Origin: a virus
Length of the DNA stretch: 64,000 nucleotides
IMG/VR virus record: IMGVR_UViG_3300029922_000003
Direction: 5' to 3' (one strand)
This document shows, in pieces, positions 1 to 10,330 of this stretch. Under the pieces are notes generated by a model. It was not told the origin of the DNA. It did not search any database and saw only the letters and a list, made by a program, of their open reading frames with translations. Position numbers and translations under genes: made by a program. Position 1 is the stretch's first letter. Each line of letters starts with the position of its first letter.

Positions 1-949
1 CAGAAGCTAGTTTGAAGAAGTTTTTAAATGATAGTATGGACCCACTCTTTGCAAGAGCCCCAAACATTTCCTTCGGTGATTTATCCTGGAGTTCTCGCAC
101 AGCAGACTCAGAAAGGTCAATGTGATCCACTGGACTGTTGATGGACTTAACCCCAATAGCATCAATACGCTTTTGCATCTCAGATAGTTTCTGTGCAATA
201 GCCAACTTAGAAGTAGAGAGGATTCTATTCTCCAATAGCTCGGCAAGATCAGCCCCACCTAGTACCTCAGAGGAGTCAATTCCTGCAACCTTTGCAAGAT
301 CCATAGCAATCATGTCTGCGCCACGGTCAACCTTAGAGATATCATTCCAATATCCAGATTCGTTGATCATGTAGCACTTACGTCCATCAGGTAAAATTCT
401 GTTTCTTCCAAAGGGAGCGCTGGCCTTCTTCTTGAGGTGCTCACAATACTGACTAGCGGTCTTACTGATGTTCCCACAAATACTGCACGTGTCGTGATCG
501 CAATGCCAACCCATACTGAACTTCGCCTCTCCCCCTTTCTCTAGGTTTCCAAGCCAATCAGCACACTTGTCGTGGCTTGCAGCGATTAGGAGTTCGACTC
601 TACCCATCTTTTCGTTGTAGGCAGATCTGATCACATCTCCGTCCCTCTGCTCACGCGGGATCTTGCTGTTGTGGTTGCGATAAAGATTTGCCTTCTTAAC
701 AAAAGTGTCGTGAGAATTACGGCAGATAGCTTCTGGGAAAAAATCTGCATTAAGGTTTGACCCAGTTTTCTCGCCAGCACCAAGTGCAATCAGGTGAATT
801 AGTGTATGATCCTTGATGGGAGTAATCTCACCCCACGAATCCGTAACAGCACTAGCGATCTTACGACGGTCCTTAGGGTCGTCGACAATCTTTACAAGAT
901 GCTCTGCCTCTGGATAATCAAAGGAATCGTTGAATACTAATTTTCTCAT
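1..949 (-). CDS. prohead (capsid maturation) protease, 3'-truncated by the window edge; absent from the ORF track
   Basis: Manual translation from ATG 949 (TAATG overlap with the upstream gene) is open to base 1: MRKLVFNDSF...NADFFPE...LYRNHNSK...RVELLI...FSMGWHCDHDTCSICGN...YCEHL...NDISKVDRGAD. The His (RNHN), Ser (SMG) and CxxC layout resembles HK97-type phage prohead proteases. Confidence 0.7.
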   Translation of the reverse strand, partial: MRKLVFNDSFDYPEAEHLVKIVDDPKDRRKIASAVTDSWGEITPIKDHTLIHLIALGAGEKTGSNLNADFFPEAICRNSHDTFVKKANLYRNHNSKIPREQRDGDVIRSAYNEKMGRVELLIAASHDKCADWLGNLEKGGEAKFSMGWHCDHDTCSICGNISKTASQYCEHLKKKASAPFGRNRILPDGRKCYMINESGYWNDISKVDRGADMIAMDLAKVAGIDSSEVLGGADLAELLENRILSTSKLAIAQKLSEMQKRIDAIGVKSINSPVDHIDLSESAVRELQDKSPKEMFGALAKSGSILSFKNFFKLAS

Positions 950-1797
950 TATGAGTTCTGAAAGGCGGGACGATTGGCAAACGCCTGATAAAGAAATGTT
1001 GTCAGAGCGGCTCCACCCAATCCACCAACAAGGTGTTTACTCACTCCTCCAAGGGATTTAATCCCTGGGCGATATCTGGTAGCAGCCTGAACGTCTGCAG
1101 CCATTGAGTTGTTTTTAGTAGCCTTAGCTAGAAGATCTTTTAATTCCTTAAGCCTATCCTCTCCTTCTCCCTGATTCATTGCTTTGTCGTAATTGTCAGC
1201 AGCAGCAGTTAGTCCAACACCAGCTCCTTGGGCAGCAGTTCCAGCGGCTGCATAATTCTTCATTGCAATGTTTTTATCAAGGTGAGCCAATCCAGCACCA
1301 CCAAGAGCACCAGCACCAGCTACAGCGCTAGTTGGGTTGATCGAGAAAGACTTAATTTTGTCCCATACACTAGGAACTGGATCAGGGCCAGCCCCTACCA
1401 TCTTAGCAACAGAAGAGACGGCAGCAGGAGCAGCTAGTCCAGCAACGCCTCCAGCGGCAGCTCCAGTGAGCATTGAGTTTCTCTTGCGAGACTTGAAGTC
1501 GTCGTCAGTTTCAAATTCCCCCTGAGAACCGGTCTGGCTACCAATAGCAGCACCTAGCCCAGCTCCGGCAAGTCCAGTAGCAGCAGGTACTAGTGATGGA
1601 TTCTTTTGGAAAGCAGTAGAGGCAGTGTCTGTAGCTTTCCCAAGAGCGTTGAGGATCTCATCTTTGATACCAGCGTTCTTCACGCAAGTAAGAGCAAGAT
1701 CTCCAATCTGTGCATCGAAGCACTGAAGCAAGAGCTTCTCATTTGGCTGAGATGCAAGTTTTTGGTCTACTCGTTTAAAAAGTTCAGTGAAGTCCAT
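949..1797 (-). CDS. Gly/Ala-rich glycine-zipper protein, probably virion-associated
   Basis: 282 aa; GLAGAGLGAAIG-type segments; N-terminus ending QKLAS. Confidence 0.55.
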   Translation of the reverse strand: MDFTELFKRVDQKLASQPNEKLLLQCFDAQIGDLALTCVKNAGIKDEILNALGKATDTASTAFQKNPSLVPAATGLAGAGLGAAIGSQTGSQGEFETDDDFKSRKRNSMLTGAAAGGVAGLAAPAAVSSVAKMVGAGPDPVPSVWDKIKSFSINPTSAVAGAGALGGAGLAHLDKNIAMKNYAAAGTAAQGAGVGLTAAADNYDKAMNQGEGEDRLKELKDLLAKATKNNSMAADVQAATRYRPGIKSLGGVSKHLVGGLGGAALTTFLYQAFANRPAFQNS

Positions 1798-1800
1798 AAA

Positions 1801-2166
1801 TTATACGTTGGTAACAGCCTCTCCAGAAAATGTATCAGACAGTGCCCTAAGAGTTGTTAGTGCTGTAGTGATTCTAGTCACTAGGATAGCAGCTAGAGCA
1901 GAGGACCTGGCAGCAGCGTTGGAATATGTTCCTCCATCAAAGGAGAATGTAAATGGCTGAAACCCTTTGCGAATATATACATACCTATCTGGAAGGGTCC
2001 AGGTGCTTGTAGTGTCATCATCTACGTTGCCATAGAATCCACCAACATCAACCTGGGGCTCTCCGAACTTCTGCATTGCAGCAAGATCGTCCTGGGAAAA
2101 CTCTTCGTTCTTGATATCTACAAAGAACTTGTCGTCAGCTACATATTTAATAACTCTGATTTTCAT
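1801..2166 (-). CDS. hypothetical protein in late operon
   Basis: 121 aa, tightly packed between co-oriented genes. Confidence 0.6.
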   Translation of the reverse strand: MKIRVIKYVADDKFFVDIKNEEFSQDDLAAMQKFGEPQVDVGGFYGNVDDDTTSTWTLPDRYVYIRKGFQPFTFSFDGGTYSNAAARSSALAAILVTRITTALTTLRALSDTFSGEAVTNV

Positions 2167-2168
2167 GA

Positions 2169-3602
2169 TTATTTACCTTGGGTAGCAGAAAAGTTTTTGG
2201 TCTTCAGGAGATTGTGCTCCAACTCCACAAGGGAGTTGGCAAAGTGAGGATCAATAGTTTGGGCAGTCCCCTGACGGAGAACCGAGCGAACAACATCCTT
2301 GATCATACTTGCGTGAGGAGCAAGTTCTGACATTGCATTGTAAGCATTAGCTACCTCTGCAGGATCCTGCTGAGAGATAATCTCGTCATGCATAAGCTCG
2401 CGGAGGATGGCTTCTCTCTTGATGTTTTCAACATCGTGGTCAGCCTGGGCTTTGATCTTGGGATGAGAATTGCCCTTTAGCTTAAGCTCATAGCCCTTAC
2501 TGGCAAGATCGTCCTCAGAGCTGTGAGCGGGAACCAAACCAGAAACTCCAGAGATAGTCTTAGCTGGTCCATCCACTAGGGTATCAAGGATACCTGGGAT
2601 CTTAGGGGCTTTAAATCCACCACTAGATGGCTTTGGTTTCGCAGGGGCATCTTCTGCCCCTTCTTTTTCAAAAAAAAGGGAATACGAGATATCACTAACC
2701 AAATCAACTGGGAATTCAGCAAACTTGTGAGATGCGACCTTCTTGTTGGATGATCCACCCCAAAGAAGATCAGAAGCATTGGATTTTTGCTCTACGATAT
2801 TTCCAGCCTTCCTTACCAAAGACTTTAATTCTGCCTGCTTAGAATTAACCTCTTCCAGGGAGTTATTGAACTGAGCAGAATGCGTGGAGTACCTAGAGTC
2901 AGCCTCTACCATTTTCTCAAAAGCATCCATAAATGACGTAACCTTGTATGGTACGTGAGCAGCAATCTTGGGTGTCATCTCTGACATAGAGATCCCGTTA
3001 CATTTGGCTACCAAGCCAAGGATCTTTCCGGCCCTTGGTGTATCAGAGTACTCTGAGAAAATCTGAGCTGCATAGTCTGCAATTTTTTCTCTCTCGTGAG
3101 TGTACTGTAGAAGGTCGGTTGCTTCCTTCAGGGCCGAGGTAAAATTTTCTTTAGCCTCCACGACAGAATCACGAGCTTCAGACAGTTCCCTGTCCTGCTC
3201 ACCAATGGCGTGGTAAGCCTCTTTAATTCGAGAAGCTAGTGGCCTCTCAGAAGTGCTGGATACAGAGTAATTATCCTCAACAACATTACCAGTGAATACT
3301 GCGTTAAAGTCGTCATCAAAAGACTGGAAAGATGCTGTTTTATCCTGCTTAGTAGTTGGAGCAAATGATTGCTTGATGATCTCCTTCTTGTCAGCAATAT
3401 CAAAGTCAGCTGTCTTATCAGAAGCCAGTTTTACATAAGCCTTTGTCTTAGCAATATTAAAGGCTTCAACAACTCTGCTAATTGTCTCTGGGTTGAGCTC
3501 CTGCTCCTGGGCTACCTTAACAATGCTCTCGTTTGCAGAGAGTCCACTGTTGTGTAGCTTGATAGCACTATTTAGTGCGTTTTCGATGCGCTCGTAGATC
3601 AT
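2169..3602 (-). CDS. coiled-coil protein with multiple KxA motifs, probably virion-associated
   Basis: 477 aa; KVAQ, KLAS, KTAD, KTAS, KIAA, KVAS. Confidence 0.6.
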   Translation of the reverse strand: MIYERIENALNSAIKLHNSGLSANESIVKVAQEQELNPETISRVVEAFNIAKTKAYVKLASDKTADFDIADKKEIIKQSFAPTTKQDKTASFQSFDDDFNAVFTGNVVEDNYSVSSTSERPLASRIKEAYHAIGEQDRELSEARDSVVEAKENFTSALKEATDLLQYTHEREKIADYAAQIFSEYSDTPRAGKILGLVAKCNGISMSEMTPKIAAHVPYKVTSFMDAFEKMVEADSRYSTHSAQFNNSLEEVNSKQAELKSLVRKAGNIVEQKSNASDLLWGGSSNKKVASHKFAEFPVDLVSDISYSLFFEKEGAEDAPAKPKPSSGGFKAPKIPGILDTLVDGPAKTISGVSGLVPAHSSEDDLASKGYELKLKGNSHPKIKAQADHDVENIKREAILRELMHDEIISQQDPAEVANAYNAMSELAPHASMIKDVVRSVLRQGTAQTIDPHFANSLVELEHNLLKTKNFSATQGK

Positions 3603-3621
3603 GTTTCAAATATACCTTATG

Positions 3622-4518
3622 TTATAGGGCTTGTGGAGCAGAATATTCAATTTGTTTAACTTCCTGCTTGTCCTTTAATGACAACTCCCTCTCTTTATCT
3701 CCAATCATTTTCCTCACTGGATCATTATAGTCAAGACTAGAAGACACTTCCTTGATCCCACCCCAAAGAGCTTTTCTGAAGTAATCCCCATTTGCGATAG
3801 CACCCTCTGCTGTTTTGTTTTGTTCAGCAATACTCATGGCATTGGTGAGAGAGATGTGCCGCTCAAAGTCACAAGGCCTCGCCTTCATAGTCATTCTTGC
3901 ACCAAGTACAAACTCACTAGCCTGCATTTCAAGAGACTGCCTCATTGATTCAGATATCTTCTTTGAAACATCCGTAGCCACATTCATTCTCCTCTGTAGC
4001 AGGTTCCTTGAAATCTGCCACCCAAAGGCATACGAAAGTCCCAACCAAAGACAAGTAGCTGCAACATCTTCAGTAAGCTGCTCAGACTTATTGTATGGAG
4101 AAATAAGGGAGTAAATAAGTGTATCGCAATCCAAATACTCTTCTACATCAAAAAATAGCTTCAGGTAGCAATCAATATTCTTTCGTTTAGTCCTAAAGCT
4201 TTTTGCTATGTCTTCTATATTTTTACCGCCAAGAAACATAGCCTGTATTGTAGTCCCAAGCCCATTGTTAACATTGCCACAAAAACAGGAATATGCGTAC
4301 CTGACCTCTGGGTAGTGACACGCACCATGTACAAGCAGTGAATAAAAATCTATGACATACTTGTCGTCTTCCGATAGTGGTATTACAGATGGATTTTGCT
4401 CCCCACGCTGCTGAGCCTCTTGGTAAGCACGACGATACTCTAGCGCCTGCTGCGCCCTCCATGCTGGTGTATAATTGGGGTCGGAACTAAAGTCCCGAGA
4501 GTACATCTTTATGCTCAT
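3622..4518 (-). CDS. hypothetical protein
   Basis: 298 aa, co-oriented, globular composition. Confidence 0.6.
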   Translation of the reverse strand: MSIKMYSRDFSSDPNYTPAWRAQQALEYRRAYQEAQQRGEQNPSVIPLSEDDKYVIDFYSLLVHGACHYPEVRYAYSCFCGNVNNGLGTTIQAMFLGGKNIEDIAKSFRTKRKNIDCYLKLFFDVEEYLDCDTLIYSLISPYNKSEQLTEDVAATCLWLGLSYAFGWQISRNLLQRRMNVATDVSKKISESMRQSLEMQASEFVLGARMTMKARPCDFERHISLTNAMSIAEQNKTAEGAIANGDYFRKALWGGIKEVSSSLDYNDPVRKMIGDKERELSLKDKQEVKQIEYSAPQAL

Positions 4519-4527
4519 ACTAATTCG

Positions 4528-4765
4528 GATATTTATATGCGAAAACTGCGGCGAGCATTTGGACAGAGATCAGAATGCCGCGAAAAACATTCTTCAATTT
4601 GCCGGTGGACAGCCGGTTAAAGGACATGGAGAGCATATCAGTCACGCCAAGGCTTCGGCCTCGGCGCGCAATGCTCGTCGAAGTGTCAACCAACCTAGCT
4701 CTGCAAATGTCTAGCATATTTGTATTCAAGGAATCCCCGCGCCTTCAGGCCGGTGAGGATGTCAA
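4528..4765 (+). mobile_element. tnpB: IS200/IS605-family remnant: tnpB 3' end, putative omegaRNA region and right end
   Basis: RIFICENCGEHLDRDQNAAKNI (Zn ribbon plus RuvC-III DRDxNAAxNI), followed by the typical right end GAATCCCCGCGCCTTCAGGCCGGTGAGGATGTCAA; the rest of tnpB and the left end are absent. Confidence 0.85.
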
Positions 4766-6588
4766 CCGTGATTAGAATCATAGTACTTCTGATCCAGATC
4801 TGCAAGCTGAGTTGTTGCCCCATTATCTTTTAGCTTTCTATAAACATTCAACTTGTCTGCTGGAGACAACCCCTGAACCTGATTAGAGAAGCTATCTCCA
4901 AAGTATTTATTTAAGACTGGGCTCTGTGCAATCTGATCCATACGGCCACTGTCGCTAGTGTCGTACATATGGTCTCCCGCAATATTTAGGCCCTGTGTAG
5001 CAATAATATTGGGGGCATAATTGCCCACATGTTTAATCCCCCTAGTAAAAGCCCCATCAGCTGCATTTGGGGGGACCAGCTTGTGCTCTCCAATTATATG
5101 CCCAATACCTGGGGTGTTGTTTACATAATCCTTGGGCATATTAAGGACTCCTTTTGCAACCCTTCCAGCAGCTTCAATCCCCTCACCAGCTCTATCCAAA
5201 TTCATCAACCTAGCTCCGGCACCAATTGCTTTGGCACCAAGACCAAGCCCCTTACCCAACACACCAGCACCTGGAATGAAGTTGGCAATACCAAACGCAG
5301 CATCACCAGCGGCAGAAACTAACTTTCCAGCTCCACCTTGATAATCTCCTGAAGCAAGTAGTCCCATGGAGTTCTTTGCCTCTTGTCCTGCATTTAGGAA
5401 TGGGTCAACGAACCACATCTTAGCCCCATCTCCAACTAGGGAGCCAGTGTCTTTTACTGCCTGCCAGGGGTCGTTAACAACTTCACTGCCGAAATTTCCT
5501 ATGCTGGAACCTATGTTCTTCACGCCACTCCCGAGCATGCTCATAATCCCATGATCAGCAATCTTTTCCTCTCCATACTTACCAGCAAAGTGTTTGGTCT
5601 CAAAATCTCTCCCGATAGCAGTTCCTGCAGCTGAACCAGCAGATGCTGCTAGAAGGGATTGAAGTAAAAATCCCTTTAGCCCGGCTTTGGTTGTTGGAGC
5701 TTTTCCCTCCAGAAACATTCTTTTTAGCCCATTCTTTACACTCGAGGATCTTCCAATCAAGTGAGCAATTGGACCAGCGGCAGTTCCACCAATAGAATAT
5801 GGCTTAAGCTTGTTCTCGCTCTCCATCGAGCTCTCTCCATTCATAGGGGACCAAGACCCAGAAAGAGCACCACCCATCATGGGGATAGCAGATAGGCCTG
5901 AACCGATAAAATCAGATTGTTTGGTCATTGGATTGGCAGTATCTAGGGGAGGTGGCGTAGCTGGCTTTGGTAACATTGCATTGTGCTTGGCAATGTTTCT
6001 GGCTCCGTTAATGTCATTTAGATGCTCTTGGGAATCAAACATGGCCCTAGGCCCTTCCTCATTTTGCTTTGTAATAGCATTCAATCCATTATAAATTCTA
6101 ACACCCTTTCCAACAACATCTCCCACACCACTCCCGAAAGCACCTACTACTGCACCATATGGACCACCAGTAGTATATCCACCAGCAGCACCAGAAATAA
6201 CGCTTTTGCCAAAACCCTTCATTTCGTCAACGAAGCTAGATCCATCTCCCTTGGTTGGCACAACATAGTCCAGCCCTTTTTGAGCAAGATACTGAGCCCC
6301 TATGCCAGCACCAATTCCCACTCCACCACGGACAAGTCCACTAGTGTTTTTCAATAGATTTGATCCTAAAACACCTCCACCACCATTTTGGAACGCTGAA
6401 TTAATCGCTGAGCTTCCGGATACATTTGGCTTGTACTTAGCCGCAACAACATCTGAAATAATGTTTGCACCGGCTCCAATAAGTTGGGCACTAGTACTCG
6501 ATGCTTCTGTGCCTAGTGGGGCAACTTGACCTGGAGAGAGGGCGATCTTTTTAATCCCCTCAATATAGACTCTAGTTAGTCTGTCCAC
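4762..6588 (-). CDS. Gly-rich multi-glycine-zipper protein, candidate ejection/inner-head protein
   Basis: 608 aa, GTG start, N-terminus MDRLTRVYIEGIKKIA; its TGA stop is the reverse complement of the IS end TCAA. Confidence 0.55.
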   Translation of the reverse strand: MDRLTRVYIEGIKKIALSPGQVAPLGTEASSTSAQLIGAGANIISDVVAAKYKPNVSGSSAINSAFQNGGGGVLGSNLLKNTSGLVRGGVGIGAGIGAQYLAQKGLDYVVPTKGDGSSFVDEMKGFGKSVISGAAGGYTTGGPYGAVVGAFGSGVGDVVGKGVRIYNGLNAITKQNEEGPRAMFDSQEHLNDINGARNIAKHNAMLPKPATPPPLDTANPMTKQSDFIGSGLSAIPMMGGALSGSWSPMNGESSMESENKLKPYSIGGTAAGPIAHLIGRSSSVKNGLKRMFLEGKAPTTKAGLKGFLLQSLLAASAGSAAGTAIGRDFETKHFAGKYGEEKIADHGIMSMLGSGVKNIGSSIGNFGSEVVNDPWQAVKDTGSLVGDGAKMWFVDPFLNAGQEAKNSMGLLASGDYQGGAGKLVSAAGDAAFGIANFIPGAGVLGKGLGLGAKAIGAGARLMNLDRAGEGIEAAGRVAKGVLNMPKDYVNNTPGIGHIIGEHKLVPPNAADGAFTRGIKHVGNYAPNIIATQGLNIAGDHMYDTSDSGRMDQIAQSPVLNKYFGDSFSNQVQGLSPADKLNVYRKLKDNGATTQLADLDQKYYDSNHG

Positions 6589-6591
6589 GGA

Positions 6592-7971
6592 TTATGCTCC
6601 TGGCAAGAATGATGTATTTCTATAATCTTGGTGCTGGCCTAAGGTCCCCTGAAAAAGATGCTTCATGGAATCACCAGCTCTTCCAATTGCATTGGAGGCA
6701 GTACCCTCTACCCCACCATACTGACTATTGGGCCTCACATTCTGCTGAGGGGGAGGGGCAATCTGGGACTGAGGGGCAAGAGTTGGTCTAGTAGATTCTA
6801 TTGGAGCAGAGGATCGAGGCTTGTTCAGCAAGGCTCTTGCTTGATCGTTCTGTGCCTGAGAGTCGGCAAGTAATTTACTTAGCCCATTATCTCCAGCAGG
6901 AGCAGCAGGCTGAGTAACCCCTTGATTAAATGGCTTACTAAAAGGATTTTCTCCAAACGATCCACCTGGTGTTCCACCGGCTTGTGATGTGGCAGGATTA
7001 GGGGCTAGATTGGGAATTGAACCATCGGATAGAGCAGTGGCACCAGCAATACCAGCAATACCAGCAACTGGCAGTGCCGAAACACCTTTGCCAAGAATCC
7101 CCTTGTTGGGCATAGGCTTGGCACCAGTTTGAGGTTCTGGAGCGGTTGCCTTGGGGGCGGTAGGATCTGGAGCGGTTGCCTTGGGGGCGGTAGGATCTGG
7201 AGCTGCTGCTACTTCAGGAGCTGCTGGCCTAGCATTAGGGTCAAGCGTTGGCTTAAATGGACGACCTGCAATCGCGGCCTCTCTCTCTGACCCAGGATGA
7301 ACATATTCAGGCAATGAGCTACCAGATTCCTGTAATTGCTTCAACTTAGTAGCAGCAGCGTTAGCACCAGAGGCCCTATTGATTCCAGTCCCAGTCGTAA
7401 GACCAGAGTTGGGCATCTCTAGTAGTTCCCCAGGGGTCATGATGGCGTTTGGCATATGCTGACTCGCAGGAACACCCCACTCTGAAGCACGAGTACTCAG
7501 AAATGGAGTTTTGGGTAGTGGCCTACCAGCAGATGGAGATATAGACGCAACAGATGGAGCCGGAGCAGCAGCGGCGGCTGGGGCTGCAGGAGCAGGAGCA
7601 GGCTTCGCTCCTCCAGCTCCCATCTCTGGCGAGGCAGCGAATGGAGCAGGTTTTACTGCGCCGGTTGCTACTGCTGGTGCAGCATCTGGTACCAAACTAT
7701 CTGCGGCGGCGGTAAGTGGCTTTATCTTATTGGCTATTGCATTAGCCCCCCAATTAATCACCCCCTTTGAGTTGTTCCAAATGGAATGTCCAACATCACT
7801 AGCTAGTCCACCAAAACCCTTAGTGGCTGCTCCAACCCACTTAGAGGTCTGTGGAAGATGACTAAGCGCATACCTGCCAGCCACCTCCGCTCCGTCCGCT
7901 AATGCAGTACCCAGACCAGCGGCAACTTTGTTGTGTACTTCACCAAAATATAGTTTTGCGTATTTATTCAT
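6592..7971 (-). CDS. Ala/Pro-rich protein with MNKYA leader peptide
   Basis: Start revised to ATG 7971, 1 nt after the upstream stop; MNKYAKLYFGEVHNKVAA. Confidence 0.6.
   Translation of the reverse strand: MNKYAKLYFGEVHNKVAAGLGTALADGAEVAGRYALSHLPQTSKWVGAATKGFGGLASDVGHSIWNNSKGVINWGANAIANKIKPLTAAADSLVPDAAPAVATGAVKPAPFAASPEMGAGGAKPAPAPAAPAAAAAPAPSVASISPSAGRPLPKTPFLSTRASEWGVPASQHMPNAIMTPGELLEMPNSGLTTGTGINRASGANAAATKLKQLQESGSSLPEYVHPGSEREAAIAGRPFKPTLDPNARPAAPEVAAAPDPTAPKATAPDPTAPKATAPEPQTGAKPMPNKGILGKGVSALPVAGIAGIAGATALSDGSIPNLAPNPATSQAGGTPGGSFGENPFSKPFNQGVTQPAAPAGDNGLSKLLADSQAQNDQARALLNKPRSSAPIESTRPTLAPQSQIAPPPQQNVRPNSQYGGVEGTASNAIGRAGDSMKHLFQGTLGQHQDYRNTSFLPGA
7136..7203. repeat. 30-bp tandem repeat (~2.3 copies) encoding APDPTAPKAT
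   Basis: tctggagcggttgccttgggggcggtagga repeated exactly. Confidence 0.9.
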
Positions 7972-7972
7972 A

Positions 7973-10216
7973 TTATTCGAGAACGTCAGTCTGTCCTGTG
8001 GAGCTTTCAACAGCCTTCTGTTTCAAGAACAGAACAACCTTGGAGGTAGACTTGATGGTAGACAGAATCAGATCCTCGAAGTCGGCCATTTCGTCAATTC
8101 CATACTCGTCAGCAAATTCAGCATTGTGCCAATAGAACAGAAGAATGAGTCGGCACATACGGTCAAGGTTATCAACCAGCTCTGGGATGTAATCCGCAAC
8201 AATCGCTTGAGAGCGAGAAGTACGAACCATCACACCGATCATAGCTGGATCAAAGACCTGACGGGAGTTGCTGTCGCTTGCTCTCTGTAGGAAGTCGATG
8301 TCGTCAGCAGATGGTTGATTCCAGTCTCCGATGCCCTGCTCTGTGGCAGGCTGAGGCCCTGTGCTGGCTGGTATCATCTCCTGACGTTCAGCCTGTTCTG
8401 TCTGCTCTGGAGTCCCATCTCGCCCAGCGCCCATGTACCCCTGAGGGTCCATCATGTCTGGATAAGCAAACTTAACTTGAGAGCGGGGTAGGGTCCATCC
8501 TGTAGCTCTTCCAGCTTTCTTTTCAAAAATTTCAGCGGCAAACTTTTCAGCAGCACTCTCTGAGAGGTTGGCTCGGCTCATGAGGTCTAGGACAACTTCT
8601 CCGCGCTCACGGAAGGTCTTGCTCACATCATAGAGACAAACCTTAACATCGAAGCTGGCGGACTTCTCAATAACCACCATTGCTCCGTCATTGGAGGATA
8701 GGGCAGAATATAGAGCAGCGTCGCAACCTGGCTCAACAAGGTCTGTAATCTCATGCCCCTGCTCCATGCTAGAGAAGTCATGTGCGTTCTTAAGTTCAAC
8801 AACCTTTGCGTCCTTAGGAACATAAACGATGTGCCTGGAGTATTCAACTGGGCCTGTTTCTCTGTCTACAAGCTTAATAGAGATTTTGCTGTCGTGGTCC
8901 TCATCAGAATAATCTTCTGAGTAGCATCCATAACTAGGGCTACCTGCATCTCTAAGTAGCCAATGAGATGGATAGCTGATGTGCTCCTGACGACCAACAA
9001 AAGTAACCTTACCCTTGTCTGTAGTCTTGTTGATAACCTTAAATGGGCCGTAGACTCCAAGCTTTGAATCAATGATCACATAGGTTTTGCCAACCTCTGC
9101 GTCTTTGACCTTTTCTCCACTCTTGTCCAAAATCTCGGACTTTGCATCCTCTTCGATCTTATCTGTTGAAACTCCACTTCGGAAATAAACTGGCTGCTTA
9201 GACCAGTTATGTGCCCCGGTCTTAGGGTCAATTACAAGCTGGGGCTCAAACCCCTTGGAGTTGTGAACGCGGCGACCACTAATAGGTGATACATTAACAA
9301 ACACCAGGGCTTTAACAAGCTGGGAGTTTTTGTTGAGAATCTGATAGTAACCACTCTCTGTGACTTGGTTGAATTCCTTTCGGAAGTCTCCGAGGTAGAG
9401 GTCGCTCTTCTCCTCTTCTGCACGCAAATCTTTGATGGAGTAGCCCTTAGAGACAACCTTCTCCTTTTCTTTGCTGTCCATGTCGCAATAGTCTTCTGGG
9501 CAACCCATTATGTCACTAGAGCTAACAAGGGTGATAGTTTTAACACTGCGCTTGTTTGTCTCAACGCCTGACTGATTGGCAGCAATCTTGTCTGCGGGGA
9601 ACTGAATTTTTAGATCATCAAGATTGTAGATGTTAGATACAGCCTGGAAGATCCTTGGCTCATCCGTAGCCATCTTTACAAAATTCTTATATGTATTCCA
9701 ACCAGCCTGCTTGAGGAAGTCAACCAGATCGTGCTCTGGTTTAGATAGAGCAATCTTGGTGTCGATGAAGTCTTCGACAGAGAGATCGAACATGTTCTCG
9801 ACAGAAGCAGCCTTGCTGTTTGCACTAGCAGGAGGGCGGGAGAAGATACGAAGGGAGTTGTTTGTTTCTCCGCTAGTGTTCTTGCTCTTGCTGTCAGAAG
9901 GGCCTCCGATGTCGGTTGGGTTCTGAGAAGCAATGTAGTTCACCCACTGTTCGTTGTTAGCAACAAAGGTGTCGGTATTTTTAAGATACATAACCTCCAT
10001 GCCGCGAACCTTGCCATTTAGGAAGAATACTGGAATATAAATTAACTGGCCACCGATCTTAAACCCCATAATTCCAGCAGCCCTAGTCCCATCATCGTTC
10101 TTGTCGATGAGATCGAAACCGAGGTAGTAATTAAGAAGATTAGGATTCTTTTCTGAGACCTGAGAAACCGCAATTTCTGCTAGGTTTGTTTCGACTTGTT
10201 GGAGTGGAGATGGCAT
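7973..10216 (-). CDS. large multidomain protein, probably structural, function unknown
   Basis: 747 aa; domains separated by KxA motifs (KAAS, KIAL, KIAA, KSAS, KKAG, KFAY). Confidence 0.6.
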   Translation of the reverse strand: MPSPLQQVETNLAEIAVSQVSEKNPNLLNYYLGFDLIDKNDDGTRAAGIMGFKIGGQLIYIPVFFLNGKVRGMEVMYLKNTDTFVANNEQWVNYIASQNPTDIGGPSDSKSKNTSGETNNSLRIFSRPPASANSKAASVENMFDLSVEDFIDTKIALSKPEHDLVDFLKQAGWNTYKNFVKMATDEPRIFQAVSNIYNLDDLKIQFPADKIAANQSGVETNKRSVKTITLVSSSDIMGCPEDYCDMDSKEKEKVVSKGYSIKDLRAEEEKSDLYLGDFRKEFNQVTESGYYQILNKNSQLVKALVFVNVSPISGRRVHNSKGFEPQLVIDPKTGAHNWSKQPVYFRSGVSTDKIEEDAKSEILDKSGEKVKDAEVGKTYVIIDSKLGVYGPFKVINKTTDKGKVTFVGRQEHISYPSHWLLRDAGSPSYGCYSEDYSDEDHDSKISIKLVDRETGPVEYSRHIVYVPKDAKVVELKNAHDFSSMEQGHEITDLVEPGCDAALYSALSSNDGAMVVIEKSASFDVKVCLYDVSKTFRERGEVVLDLMSRANLSESAAEKFAAEIFEKKAGRATGWTLPRSQVKFAYPDMMDPQGYMGAGRDGTPEQTEQAERQEMIPASTGPQPATEQGIGDWNQPSADDIDFLQRASDSNSRQVFDPAMIGVMVRTSRSQAIVADYIPELVDNLDRMCRLILLFYWHNAEFADEYGIDEMADFEDLILSTIKSTSKVVLFLKQKAVESSTGQTDVLE

Positions 10217-10275
10217 GGTTTGAGATTATTGTGCACTAACAGTGATCGGCATAAAAGGTATTTCTTTTCCTATCT

Positions 10276-10288
10276 TAGCTGGCAGCTA
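10276..10288. promoter_or_regulatory. palindrome TAGCTG-G-CAGCTA (copy 1 of a junction motif)
   Basis: Perfect inverted repeat abutting a terminator; variants at 24611 and 61846. Confidence 0.5.
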
Positions 10289-10326
10289 AAAAAAAGCAAG
10301 CGAGAAAACCTCGCTTGCTCTTTTTT
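10288..10326. terminator. bidirectional intrinsic terminator
   Basis: A8-GCAAGCGAG-AAAAC-CTCGCTTGC-TC-T6. Confidence 0.85.
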
Positions 10327-10330
10327 GAAC

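Noticed and set aside
2655-2685. Possible programmed frameshift at CCCTTTTTTTTGAAAAAG in 2169-3602
   Set aside because: The alternative frame gives only a short unremarkable tail, there is no downstream stimulator, and the main ORF continues intact.
7973-10216. Major capsid protein or terminase assignment
   Set aside because: No HK97-fold or Walker A/RNase H motifs were recognisable in this or any other ORF; these genes probably lie outside the window.
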